A stretch of 47,097 nt of DNA from Deltaproteobacteria bacterium (GTDB taxonomy: Bacteria > Desulfobacterota > Desulfobacteria > Desulfobacterales > B30-G6), in assembly GCA_024639645.1 (NCBI GenBank), contig JAHEIB010000001.1:1-47097 (forward strand), given 5' to 3'. Every line of letters begins with the position of its first letter. Positions within the stretch are counted from its first letter, which is position 1. Shown here piece after piece: positions 35,284 through 44,506 of the stretch. The translations under genes were made by a program, and so were the position numbers. The notes under the pieces were generated by a model. It ran no database searches. It was not told where the DNA came from and was given only the letters and a program-made list of their open reading frames with translations.

Positions 35284-35442
35284 ATGTCAGAAAAACATCC
35301 GGAATGCCCGCTCTATAATCCTTTAAACTGTAAAGAGTATTACAATCCGAAACTCTGTGCATTTGTAAGGAAAGATAAAGTTTGTCTCAAGAAGAAGAAA
35401 CCAAAGACGAAGCCGAAGAAAAAAGTCGAATCGTCAGCTTAA
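35284..35442 (+). CDS. Small Cys-rich, Lys-tailed protein (52 aa), not in ORF track
   Basis: ATG at 35284 follows aaagggg. Translation is MSEKHPECPLYNPLNCKEYYNPKLCAFVRKDKVCLKKKKPKTKPKKKVESSA, with four Cys and a polybasic tail. Confidence 0.4.
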   Translation: MSEKHPECPLYNPLNCKEYYNPKLCAFVRKDKVCLKKKKPKTKPKKKVESSA

Positions 35443-35509
35443 ATTCAACAAGCCTCCCCCCACGAAACGATCCATCAGATCAAATTTATCCGGTAGGAGG
35501 CTTTATTCT

Positions 35510-36064
35510 TCAAGCATGACCCGGTGTGTCAGACAGAAGCACCGGGTCAATTCCCAGCAATCTCACCGCAGCATGCCATCGTTCATCGATCTTGGATTCA
35601 AATATAATTTTATCGTCAACAGGGCTTGTCAGCCACACATTCTGTAATATTTCGGCTGCCAGCTGTCCTTTCCCCCATCCGGCGCAACCAAGTGCGATCA
35701 GGAAGGTTTGCGGTCCTTCACCCTTTGCGATGGCCTCAATAAGATCCATGGTGTTGCTCATGGCCAGTGTCGGTGTAATCATGAGACACCCCTCCCAAGA
35801 GAACGGTTCGCCATGAAGAATAAATATTTCATTCTCGTGAACCGGCCCACCGATATGAAGCGGTATCATGGCTGTCGCGTCTGTATATTCAATGTTTAAT
35901 TCTCTAAAGATGGAACCGGCTGTGAGGGAAGGTATCACACGGTTGATAACGATGCCCAGGGAACCGTCTTCTGTATCCTCAGACATGCATGTTACGGTAT
36001 GAGAAAAATTAAAATCCAGCATGGATGGCATGGCGATCAGAAACTGTCCCTTCAATGTGTCCAT
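35510..36064 (-). CDS. yqgE: YqgE/AlgH-family protein
   Basis: LKGQFLIAMPSM..., GCAGWGKGQLAAEI..N.WLT and ...ERW......LGIDP......GHA are colinear with recalled E. coli YqgE. Start taken at the ATG at 36064 (track start 36232). Confidence 0.85.
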   Translation of the reverse strand: MDTLKGQFLIAMPSMLDFNFSHTVTCMSEDTEDGSLGIVINRVIPSLTAGSIFRELNIEYTDATAMIPLHIGGPVHENEIFILHGEPFSWEGCLMITPTLAMSNTMDLIEAIAKGEGPQTFLIALGCAGWGKGQLAAEILQNVWLTSPVDDKIIFESKIDERWHAAVRLLGIDPVLLSDTPGHA

Positions 36065-36119
36065 GTTTGCCTTGCTCCATGTTTGATCTATGCGTAAAAA
36101 GCTGTGCAACGTTTTTTTA

Positions 36120-36341
36120 TCAAACAATTCTAAAATACTCAGGATAGAACCGAACTTTCCTGAAGGCTGCTTGACGTACCATCTCGCGATGCTGTTCCAT
36201 ACGCCGGCACGCAATGCCATTACGCCGATCATTTTCTATGAAACAGCTTATCTTTCGTCGATCACCAGAATCTCTTTTTTCCGGCAGGTCGATGTATTGC
36301 GTTCGATAACGTACCTTTTCAGATGTTTCGTTTTCAGCCAT
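36120..36341 (-). CDS. Hypothetical Arg-rich small protein (73 aa)
   Basis: ORF with a weak RBS. Contains DRR-type repeats (SGDRRK, ENDRRN). It could be non-coding. Confidence 0.3.
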   Translation of the reverse strand: MAENETSEKVRYRTQYIDLPEKRDSGDRRKISCFIENDRRNGIACRRMEQHREMVRQAAFRKVRFYPEYFRIV

Positions 36342-36381
36342 GGGTATAAGTCACCCTGTAAAATATAACCTTAAAATGAGT

Positions 36382-36460
36382 GATTGAAGAACCACGCAGA
36401 ATGCGAAGCACTGTCGAACGGCAAAACCTGCGGGGAACGCGCTCGCCGTTTCGGTTCAAA
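36382..36460. repeat. Hairpin repeat family C, copy 2
   Basis: gattgaagaacc-a-cgcag...cggggaacgcgctcgc...cggttcaaa. Confidence 0.65.
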
Positions 36461-36631
36461 TTAAGTTTGGCCTTTTTTAGTAATAATAACACCCGTGTCT
36501 ATTTTTATCAAGCTTGCATTCTCATTTGACGGGAAAACGCAAATCCTATATGGTTGCTGACCGGGTATTGATAACGATCCCGGAAACATATTCTGTTTCA
36601 TTTTACTATTGTGACAAATAAAGGAAAAAAG

Positions 36632-37309
36632 ATGAAAATTATCGAAAACGCCATTAAAAGAGGAGCAGAAAACCTCTCGGAGTATGAATCGAAACAAGTA
36701 CTTTCAAGCTATGGGATTCCTGTCACCAGTGAAACAACAGCAACAACCATGGAAGAAACTGTCTCAGCCGCAAATTCCATTGGATATCCGGTTGTATTGA
36801 AGGCGTCTGGCGAAAATCTACAGCACAAGACCGAACTTAACCTGGTAAGACTCAATCTCAAAGATGCATCCCAGGTCAGACAGGCCTACACAGAACTTTT
36901 GGAGGAAAGCACGATACCAATCACAGAAGTACTGATACAACAGATGATGAGGGGCAACCGCGAACTTTTGGCAGGTCTTAAGCGCGACAGTCAGTTTGGC
37001 CCGTGCGTGGTATTCGGACTCGGCGGTATACTCGCGGAAATACTGGAGGATGTATCGATCCGGGTAGCCCCTATCACCACCTTCGATGCCATGGACATGA
37101 TGGAAAATATAAGGGGGAAAAAAATCCTGGAACCTTTCAGAGGAAAACCGCCGGTCGACCGGAACGCCCTGGCAGAAATTCTGATCGCCCTCGGTAGGAT
37201 CGGGCTGGAAAATAATGCCGTCGGCGAAATTGATATCAATCCCATCAAATTGAACGAGGGGCAACCCGTGGCGGTTGATGCACTGGTTGTTCTGGACAAA
37301 ACATCATAG
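36632..37309 (+). CDS. ATP-grasp domain protein resembling the beta subunit of ADP-forming acetyl-CoA synthetase
   Basis: LSEYESKQVLSSYGIPV, GYPVVLK, FGPCVVFGLGGILAEILEDVSIRVAPI and EIDINPI are colinear with recalled AcdB-type sequences. ATG at 36632. Confidence 0.7.
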   Translation: MKIIENAIKRGAENLSEYESKQVLSSYGIPVTSETTATTMEETVSAANSIGYPVVLKASGENLQHKTELNLVRLNLKDASQVRQAYTELLEESTIPITEVLIQQMMRGNRELLAGLKRDSQFGPCVVFGLGGILAEILEDVSIRVAPITTFDAMDMMENIRGKKILEPFRGKPPVDRNALAEILIALGRIGLENNAVGEIDINPIKLNEGQPVAVDALVVLDKTS

Positions 37310-37338
37310 ACCCGATCTCATGAGGGCAGGTAAAAGGT

Positions 37339-38178
37339 ATGTTTCGGGATAGCTGTGTTGCAGCAGAGGAAGACAATCCAATGAAAAAAAGCGGCCTAAA
37401 AGTTGAAACGGGTGATTTCGAGCGTCAAATCGTATTGGATGGTGCCGCTAATTTTCGGGATATCGGCGGGTATCCGGCCCGCCAACACGAACGGGTTAAA
37501 TGGCGCAAGGTTTTTCGCTCGGGAAATCTTGCATCACTGACGGATAAGGACCACCGGATACTGGAGGAGATCGGCATCCAGTCTGTTTGTGACTTCCGGT
37601 CAACAGAGGAAATAGCGCGTCAACCAAACCGTCTGCCTGATAAAAATGCCCCCCAGTGCCTGCATCTTCCCATTGTGAACAAAACCATGGAGCCCACCGA
37701 GGCGGTTGCCAGGATTATGAAAGGCGATCTTGGCTGGTTTACGCCGGATTTCATGGTGAACGCGTACATAGAAAAAATCGAAGCCTTCCACGATATCTGG
37801 TATCTATTTTTTAAATACTTATGTCAAAGATCCTTTCGCCCGCTTCTGTTTCACTGTACAGCCGGAAAAGACCGTACCGGTGTATGCGCCGCCTTGATTC
37901 TCTTAACCTTGGGCGTATCGGAAAAGTGGGTGATTCATGACCACGCCCTTTCGAATGTTTACAATGCAAAGCAGACACAAAAGATTAATGATAATTTACA
38001 AAAAATTGGGGTAGACCCTGAAAAGTTGATAGATTACCTGACCGCTCCCAAAACCGCCATCGTGGCCACAATAGAGCACATCAACAAAAAATATGGATCT
38101 GCCCGAGACTATCTCGTCAACAAGGCAAACGTGAAAACGGCCTGGATTGAACAACTTGAAGAAGACTTGCTGGAATAA
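37339..38178 (+). CDS. Protein-tyrosine-phosphatase-like protein (Y_phosphatase3 type)
   Basis: NFRDIGG near the N-terminus and the CX5R signature HCTAGKDRTG. Confidence 0.75.
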   Translation: MFRDSCVAAEEDNPMKKSGLKVETGDFERQIVLDGAANFRDIGGYPARQHERVKWRKVFRSGNLASLTDKDHRILEEIGIQSVCDFRSTEEIARQPNRLPDKNAPQCLHLPIVNKTMEPTEAVARIMKGDLGWFTPDFMVNAYIEKIEAFHDIWYLFFKYLCQRSFRPLLFHCTAGKDRTGVCAALILLTLGVSEKWVIHDHALSNVYNAKQTQKINDNLQKIGVDPEKLIDYLTAPKTAIVATIEHINKKYGSARDYLVNKANVKTAWIEQLEEDLLE

Positions 38179-38208
38179 AAGGGTTCAAGGGTGACTGTGA
38201 GTTATGGT

Positions 38209-38271
38209 TATAAGCTGTAAGCAATAAGCGGTAAGCGGCTTAAAGCTTACAGCTATCGCTTATTGCTTAAC
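38209..38271. repeat. TAAGC-heptad palindrome
   Basis: tataagc tgtaagc aataagc ggtaagc g gcttaaa gcttaca gctatc gcttatt gcttaac. It is preceded by gggttcaagggtgactgtgag, which resembles family A. Confidence 0.9.
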
Positions 38272-38350
38272 ACTAAATCCGAAGATTGAAATAGCCAAAT
38301 ACCTATGACTTGGCCCAAAAAGCCCGGTTTTAAATAATTGAACAAAAGCC

Positions 38351-39220
38351 ATGAAAACCGACATCAGAGATAAACCGACCTTATCGCATGACGACATCGC
38401 AGGGTTGAATTTTATCAAGTATCCATCCAGATACTTTTTCCGCAACCACTTCAGGGAAGGCCTCCGCTCCCGTTTGATTCAAGTCCTGGAACAGTCAGAT
38501 GTCGCCCTCGAAACCAGAGGCACCCTTCAAGAGGGTATTCGCATATTTCCGATAGCGCAACCAGTGGCCATGCTCCGAATCTTCAAGAATAAATTCTCTT
38601 CACCCCGTGACATCCAGAAAGAAATAGACAATTACAAAATTCTTCAGCAGCGGCTGTCGGAATCTCATTATGCCGTGTCATCGGAATTTATGGTGGATTA
38701 TACATGGGGGCGGCATAAAAATATTCTTCTTTGCGGTCTCCAGGAGTATGTTCACGGAGAATCTGTCGACCCATGGCATGCGAATGCAATACTGAAAATC
38801 GAAGGTATCGTGAAGGGTTCTCCTGCAGGAACGCTGAAAGTTGCTTTTGACAACCTGGCCTCCTTTGTCAACTGCATCAAAGACATCATCATGAAAACAG
38901 GCACCATTCCAGACCTTGCTGGTGTGGGTAACCTGCTCATGACGCCTTTGGGCATTGTCAAACTCGTCGATATAAACAATATCTCGAAACTATCCATGGA
39001 TCATCACATTCCAGTAGACGATAAAGGGTATCCGGTTTCTGACAAATCTGTTCAGGCTCTTTTTCAGATAGAAACACGAATTCTCGGCCGTTCAAAGGAT
39101 ACTGCCGACACTTTATACCGGTTTTTCCTTGATCCCCAGCGCATGAAAGAGGTCAGAGAACTCGAAACAACCTTCCATCAGATAACAGCCCATTCCGGGA
39201 ATTATCCATCTGTTAATTAA
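38351..39220 (+). CDS. Hypothetical protein, possible atypical protein-kinase-like fold
   Basis: LQEYVHGE (hinge-like), IPDLAGVGNLLM (catalytic-loop-like D..N) and VKLVDINN (DFG-position-like). The assignment is speculative. Confidence 0.35.
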   Translation: MKTDIRDKPTLSHDDIAGLNFIKYPSRYFFRNHFREGLRSRLIQVLEQSDVALETRGTLQEGIRIFPIAQPVAMLRIFKNKFSSPRDIQKEIDNYKILQQRLSESHYAVSSEFMVDYTWGRHKNILLCGLQEYVHGESVDPWHANAILKIEGIVKGSPAGTLKVAFDNLASFVNCIKDIIMKTGTIPDLAGVGNLLMTPLGIVKLVDINNISKLSMDHHIPVDDKGYPVSDKSVQALFQIETRILGRSKDTADTLYRFFLDPQRMKEVRELETTFHQITAHSGNYPSVN

Positions 39221-39228
39221 TACCCTTT

Positions 39229-39262
39229 TATGGATCCCCACGGGTAAACCCGTGGCCTCAAT
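39229..39262. repeat. CCACGGG-TAAA-CCCGTGG hairpin, copy 2
   Basis: tatggatccccacgggtaaacccgtggcctcaat, 9 nt after the stop at 39220. There is no following T-run. Confidence 0.75.
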
Positions 39263-39267
39263 AAGAC

Positions 39268-39327
39268 TTGACAAAACATGCCGCCCATAATATTTAGATT
39301 ATCTAAATATTACATAATCTAAATATT
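39268..39327 (+). promoter_or_regulatory. Sigma-70-type promoter overlapped by palindromic operator (probable MarR site)
   Basis: TTGACA (39268-39273), 17 nt spacer, TATTTA (39291-39296). A perfect 12-1-12 palindrome spans 39288-39312 (taatatttagat t atctaaatatta). The half-site atctaaatatt recurs at 39317-39327. Confidence 0.55.
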
Positions 39328-39362
39328 ATTTTTTGGCTCAAGTTTGGTGGGAGCTGTCCCCT

Positions 39363-39830
39363 ATGGAACAAAATGATGCACGCCGACTGGCCCGTTACAT
39401 CATGACAACCGGAAAACTTATCCGGGATCGAATCGTCACATTGCACAATCCTCATTTCGGATCCGGAAAAAGCAAACAGGTGTTGAAAGACTTGTCCCTT
39501 TCACAGGTTCAGACCATCATGACCATCTACAGTTGCGGCCAAATATCCATGACCGCACTTTCTAAACAGATGGGGGTATCTCCCCCATCGTCCTCGGCCA
39601 TGGTTGATCGATTAGTGGAAAAGGGCATTCTGATTAGAAAACACAGCCAGAAGGATCGTCGAAAAGTGATGGTTCAAATCGCCCCGCCATTTAAAACCCA
39701 TATACAAATGATTGAAGAAACCATCCTTCTTCGTTTTGTGGATTTGGTGGAGAAACTGGGTCAGGAGACGACGGTCATGTGGTGCGATGTGCTGGAAAAA
39801 GTCAAGGCGGTCCTGGAAAAAGAACAATAG
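39363..39830 (+). CDS. MarR-family transcriptional regulator
   Basis: Winged-helix region ISMTALSKQMGVSPPSSSAMVDRLVEKGILIRKHSQKDRRKVMV. ATG at 39363 (track start 39333 is TTG). Confidence 0.8.
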   Translation: MEQNDARRLARYIMTTGKLIRDRIVTLHNPHFGSGKSKQVLKDLSLSQVQTIMTIYSCGQISMTALSKQMGVSPPSSSAMVDRLVEKGILIRKHSQKDRRKVMVQIAPPFKTHIQMIEETILLRFVDLVEKLGQETTVMWCDVLEKVKAVLEKEQ

Positions 39831-39904
39831 TCCGATTATAATGCATAACATCGAATAGGTAGCATATCGTGGGTTGGCCCCATTGACGTATTGGAGTATA
39901 AAAA

Positions 39905-41245
39905 ATGGAATCTAAACAAACGAAAAAAGCACCGGTTCGGGCAAAACAAGTCCTCATCCGAATTATCATTTGCCTGATCGTCTTACTGTTCGGGATTCTA
40001 TCCATGAACAGGCTGTCGGCCTTGAAAAAACCACCCGTGGAGGTCAAACGCACGGAGCAGGCCTTGCAAGTCGAGGGGACCATTGTCAAAATAGAAGATA
40101 TCAACGTCATTTTGACCGGATACGGTGAAATAAAAGCGCTCAATACCGTTTCCATCTCCCCGGAAATTTCCGGTCGCGTTGTACATGTCCATCCGCGTCT
40201 TGATTCCGGTGAAATCATACCTCGGAACGCCATTCTCTTTAAAATCGATTCCAGGGTATATGCCGCAACACTGGAGGAAGCAAACGCTTCCCTTCAGCAG
40301 TTGAAAAATACGGTTTTGAGACTGGAAAAACAGTTTGCCCTGGACCGGGACCGTCAGAAAACCATCGAGCGCAACCAAGACCTGGCCCAGTTGGAATTCA
40401 AACGTATAAAGGAACTGTACGAAATCAACGATGTCGGCACTCGCTCGGGTGTGGACAAGGCTGAACAATCCTACAACGCAGCCTTGGACCAGGCCGACCA
40501 GATGTCCAGGGCACTGGCCCTTTACCCGCTTCAAATCCAGGAAGTCAAGAGCAGTATAGAAGCTGCAAAAGCCAGACTCACCATCGCAAAGGTAAACTTG
40601 CTCCGTTGCCGGGTGACATCGCCATTTACTGGACGAATCAAAAATGCCTCCATCGAAATTGGTCAATATGTAACACCCGGGCAACCCGTTGTAAGCATGG
40701 CAGATGACACCCTTCTGGAGATACAGGTATCTCTAGATGCAAGAGACGCACGTCAATGGCTCCTGTTTGACAACACACCGGCAGAAAGCTTGACAACCTG
40801 GTTTTCAAAACCGACCCCTGTGGTCTGTAAACTCCGCTGGACAGAAAATCCCGAAGCCGAACTCTGGGCAGGCATTATGGACAGAGTCGTCCAGTTCGAT
40901 CCCCAGACCCGAACACTGACGGTTGCCGTAAAGCTGGACACCTTTAGCCCACAACTGGACGCAACAAGCCCATTTCCACTGGTAGAAGGCATGTTTTGCA
41001 TCGTGGACATCCCCGGGAAAACACTGCGGAATGTCGTTCGCTTACCCCGCTGGTCTGTAAGCTTCGAGAACACGGTTTACATCCTGAATGACGAGAGCCG
41101 TCTGAAAACAGTACCTGTGACAGTCATTTACGCTGAAGGAGAAAATGTATTTGTTTCCCAGGGACTGTCCCCAGGCCAGACAGTTGTCACGACCAGATTA
41201 AACGATCCCCTGGAAAATGCACTTTTGGCAGTAACTGTGAAATAG
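39905..41245 (+). CDS. RND efflux periplasmic adaptor (HlyD/MFP family)
   Basis: N-terminal TM anchor, a lipoyl/barrel-sandwich motif, a central coiled-coil hairpin, and a position upstream of the RND pump. Confidence 0.8.
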   Translation: MESKQTKKAPVRAKQVLIRIIICLIVLLFGILSMNRLSALKKPPVEVKRTEQALQVEGTIVKIEDINVILTGYGEIKALNTVSISPEISGRVVHVHPRLDSGEIIPRNAILFKIDSRVYAATLEEANASLQQLKNTVLRLEKQFALDRDRQKTIERNQDLAQLEFKRIKELYEINDVGTRSGVDKAEQSYNAALDQADQMSRALALYPLQIQEVKSSIEAAKARLTIAKVNLLRCRVTSPFTGRIKNASIEIGQYVTPGQPVVSMADDTLLEIQVSLDARDARQWLLFDNTPAESLTTWFSKPTPVVCKLRWTENPEAELWAGIMDRVVQFDPQTRTLTVAVKLDTFSPQLDATSPFPLVEGMFCIVDIPGKTLRNVVRLPRWSVSFENTVYILNDESRLKTVPVTVIYAEGENVFVSQGLSPGQTVVTTRLNDPLENALLAVTVK

Positions 41246-41263
41246 ATGCGCCTAACTGGAAGG

Positions 41264-41277
41264 TGTAAGCCGTAAGC
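41264..41277. repeat. Partial TAAGC-heptad element (two units, no inverted arm)
   Basis: tgtaagc cgtaagc between the adaptor stop and the pump start. Confidence 0.4.
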
Positions 41278-41296
41278 TAATTAAAGGAACCCCTGC

Positions 41297-44200
41297 ATGA
41301 AAAATGTTCTGGCTGCATTTGTAAGAAATATTGTTTTCGCAAACATCCTCCTCCTGCTCATTTTTATTGCAGGTGGGTTTGCTCTCAAATCGATGGTGCG
41401 GGAAAATTTTCCTGAATTTTCCCTTGATATGGTCACCATAACCGTACCTTTTCCGGGCGCCGATCCCGAAGAAATTGAAGAGGGTATCTCCCGGAAACTG
41501 GAGGAAGCCATCGAAGGCATCGAGGGTATCAAGCTCTATACAACTTATTCGAGCGAAAATTCCGGTACTGCCCTCATTGAAATATACGAAAACTATGATG
41601 TGGACAAAGTACTGGACCGCATCAGGACCGACATCGATGCCATTTCAACCTTTCCCATTGATGCGGAGAAACCGATTATAACAGAACTATTGTTAAAAGA
41701 CCCCGTGGTACTGCTGTATCTATCGGGCGCCATGTCGGAGCGTCGTATCAAGGAATATGCTGAACGAATCAAAGACGAGCTTCAGGAATTGGACAGTGTG
41801 TCCCAGATCGATATTTTTGGATCCAGACAATATGAAATTGCCGTGGAGGTTTCCGAGGAGCGTCTCCGTGAATACGGTCTCACATTTTCATCGGTTTCAA
41901 ACGCCATCCGTCAGAGCAGTCTCAATCTAGCCGGTGGAACCATAAGGACCACTGGTCAGGAAATCCGCATCCGAACCGTTGGCAGGAAATATACCGGTCA
42001 GGAGTTTGCCGAAATAGTGGTAATGGCCGATCCGTCCGGCAACATCATCACCCTTGACCGCATTGCCACAATCCAGGATGGGTTTACAGAAGACCCCATC
42101 CAGGCCATCATCAATGGAGAGCAATCGGTACTTATCGTTGTCAACAAGACCAAAGAAGAAGATGCCCTTGCTATTTCCGCTGCCGTGGAAACGTTTATTG
42201 GTCTGAAACAGCAGCAACTACCTCATGGCATTCATCTGGATATGCTTTACGACAACACCGAAATTTTAAAAGCCCGAATCAATCTTTTGGTGAAAAATGG
42301 TTTGATCGGCCTGATGGTGGTCTTTCTGCTGTTGTGGATTTTTCTAAACGCACGACTATCCTTCTGGGCAGGACTTGGAATCCCGGTATCGATATCCGGC
42401 GCCCTGGCTGTTTTGTGGGCCGTGGGAGGAACCATCAATCTTATTTCTCTGTTTGGCCTTATTATGGTTCTGGGTATCGTTGTTGACGACGCCATTGTTG
42501 TGGGTGAAGCCATTTATGTTCACCGCAAACGCGGCAAACCACCTGTACTAGCTGCCGTGGATGGCGTAAGGGAAGTAGGCCTTCCTGTGATCGCCGCCGT
42601 CATCACCAGCATCGTGGCATTCATACCCCTGGCATTTGTGGGCGGAATCATGGGAAAATTCATAGCCATACTACCCGTGGTTGTTATTGCTTGCCTTGCT
42701 GTTTCCCTGGTGGAATGCCTGGTTCTCTTGCCTGCACATCTGGGCGATCTGCCCGATTTGAATACCAATGGGCGGCAAATGAATCCCCTGACCCGCAGAC
42801 TTGAAACCTTTCACCGAATCACGCGTTCGGGTATGGAATGGTTTGTTGAGAAAATTTACATGCCGTTTTTAAGCAAGGCATTGTACTGGCGATATGTCTC
42901 TTTGTGCGTGGCCATCAGCATCCTATTTGTCACTATCGGCCTTGTAAACAGCGGCTTCATAAAATTTTTAATGATGCCCGAAATCGATGGATTTATCATC
43001 ACCGCAACGGTGGAGTTTCCGGAGGGTTCACCCTCAGCCACCACGCGAAACGCTGTAAAGCAGATCGATGCTGCCCTGTTGCGACTGGCTGAAAAAACCC
43101 AAACGATTACGGGTGATTCAATGATCCGGTCCAGACTTGCCCTGGTGGGGCAAACCCTTGGTGAAATACCCAAGTCTGGCTCAAACCTCGGCGCCGTGCA
43201 GGTCATTCTGCTTGAGTCCGAAAAACGAGGCGTACACACAAAAGACCTGATGGTGGCTTGGGAAAATGAAATTGGCATTATACCGGGTGTCAAGGCCCTG
43301 ACTTTTGAGGGAATGTCCATGGGTCCTCCCGGCGCCCCCATCGAAATCTGGGTCCAGGGGTATGATATGGATGTCATTCTGGCTGCCTCTCAAGAAATTA
43401 TGGGCAGACTGAGACAATTCGACGGCGTTTATCAGATTCGATCTGATTTTTCGAAGGGTAAAAATGAGATGCGTCTCAAGCTAAAGCCTGAGGCACGATC
43501 ACTTGGGTTGACTGTGGATGATCTGGCCCGACAAGTCTACGCCGGTTATTACGGTGAAGAAGCGCTTCGTCTCCAAAGGGGGAGGGACAATATTCGTGTC
43601 AAGGTTCGGTATACAGCAGATGAAAGAATTCGTTTGGCAGACGTTGAAAATATTCGTATACGTACACGAACCGGTTTAGAAATTCCACTTTATTCCGTTG
43701 CCGACATCTCATTTGCACCGGGTTTTTCAACCATCCGGCGTACCAACGGCATGCGCCGTATCGCCGTGAGTGCAGGCGTTGATACCAACAAAGCCAATAC
43801 CAGCGAAGTTCTTTCTGAGCTTTCTAGCGGATTTTTCACCGAACTTCAAAGCCGTTATCCCGAAGTACGTATCGCCATACAGGGAGAGCAGAAAAAAATG
43901 CGGGAATCCTTCAGTAGTCTGTATATTGGCTTCCCTCTTGCCATGATAGGCATTTATATCGTTATTGCAACCATGTTCAGGTCCTATGTTCAGCCCTTTG
44001 TAATCATGTTTACCGTACCCTTTGGCATTATCGGCGCGGTTTTCGGTCATCTGGTGTTGGGCTTCGATCTTTCCATGATGAGTATCTTCGGAATGGTGGC
44101 CCTGACCGGTGTTGTTGTTAACGATGCCATTGTACTCATCGAACGCATCAACGAGAACATTGCTGAAGGCATGCCGTATTTTGAAGCCGTCCTAAAGGGG

Positions 44201-44506
44201 GGTGTACGGCGGTTTCGAGCAATTATCCTCACCTCCTTGAGTACCATCGGTGGTTTAATGCCCTTAATTCTGGAAACAGACCTTCAAGCCAGATTTCTCA
44301 TCCCCATGGCACTGTCTCTCGCTTCCGGTGTCCTGTTTGCAACGGTACTGACACTTGTACTAGTGCCTAGTCTGTTGACGATTCTGAGTGATTTCAGATT
44401 GCTCATCTACAGATTCAAACACGGTACCTGGCCCGAACGCCTGGCAGTAGAACCGGCCAGAAAACGGCATGAAGATTTTTTAAACATAGGAGACAAAAAT
44501 TCATGA
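41297..44506 (+). CDS. RND efflux transporter permease (AcrB/AcrD/AcrF family)
   Basis: 1069 aa with the 12-TM plus two large periplasmic loop layout. Contains VVDDAIVV and VVNDAIVLIE motifs. Confidence 0.9.
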   Translation: MKNVLAAFVRNIVFANILLLLIFIAGGFALKSMVRENFPEFSLDMVTITVPFPGADPEEIEEGISRKLEEAIEGIEGIKLYTTYSSENSGTALIEIYENYDVDKVLDRIRTDIDAISTFPIDAEKPIITELLLKDPVVLLYLSGAMSERRIKEYAERIKDELQELDSVSQIDIFGSRQYEIAVEVSEERLREYGLTFSSVSNAIRQSSLNLAGGTIRTTGQEIRIRTVGRKYTGQEFAEIVVMADPSGNIITLDRIATIQDGFTEDPIQAIINGEQSVLIVVNKTKEEDALAISAAVETFIGLKQQQLPHGIHLDMLYDNTEILKARINLLVKNGLIGLMVVFLLLWIFLNARLSFWAGLGIPVSISGALAVLWAVGGTINLISLFGLIMVLGIVVDDAIVVGEAIYVHRKRGKPPVLAAVDGVREVGLPVIAAVITSIVAFIPLAFVGGIMGKFIAILPVVVIACLAVSLVECLVLLPAHLGDLPDLNTNGRQMNPLTRRLETFHRITRSGMEWFVEKIYMPFLSKALYWRYVSLCVAISILFVTIGLVNSGFIKFLMMPEIDGFIITATVEFPEGSPSATTRNAVKQIDAALLRLAEKTQTITGDSMIRSRLALVGQTLGEIPKSGSNLGAVQVILLESEKRGVHTKDLMVAWENEIGIIPGVKALTFEGMSMGPPGAPIEIWVQGYDMDVILAASQEIMGRLRQFDGVYQIRSDFSKGKNEMRLKLKPEARSLGLTVDDLARQVYAGYYGEEALRLQRGRDNIRVKVRYTADERIRLADVENIRIRTRTGLEIPLYSVADISFAPGFSTIRRTNGMRRIAVSAGVDTNKANTSEVLSELSSGFFTELQSRYPEVRIAIQGEQKKMRESFSSLYIGFPLAMIGIYIVIATMFRSYVQPFVIMFTVPFGIIGAVFGHLVLGFDLSMMSIFGMVALTGVVVNDAIVLIERINENIAEGMPYFEAVLKGGVRRFRAIILTSLSTIGGLMPLILETDLQARFLIPMALSLASGVLFATVLTLVLVPSLLTILSDFRLLIYRFKHGTWPERLAVEPARKRHEDFLNIGDKNS

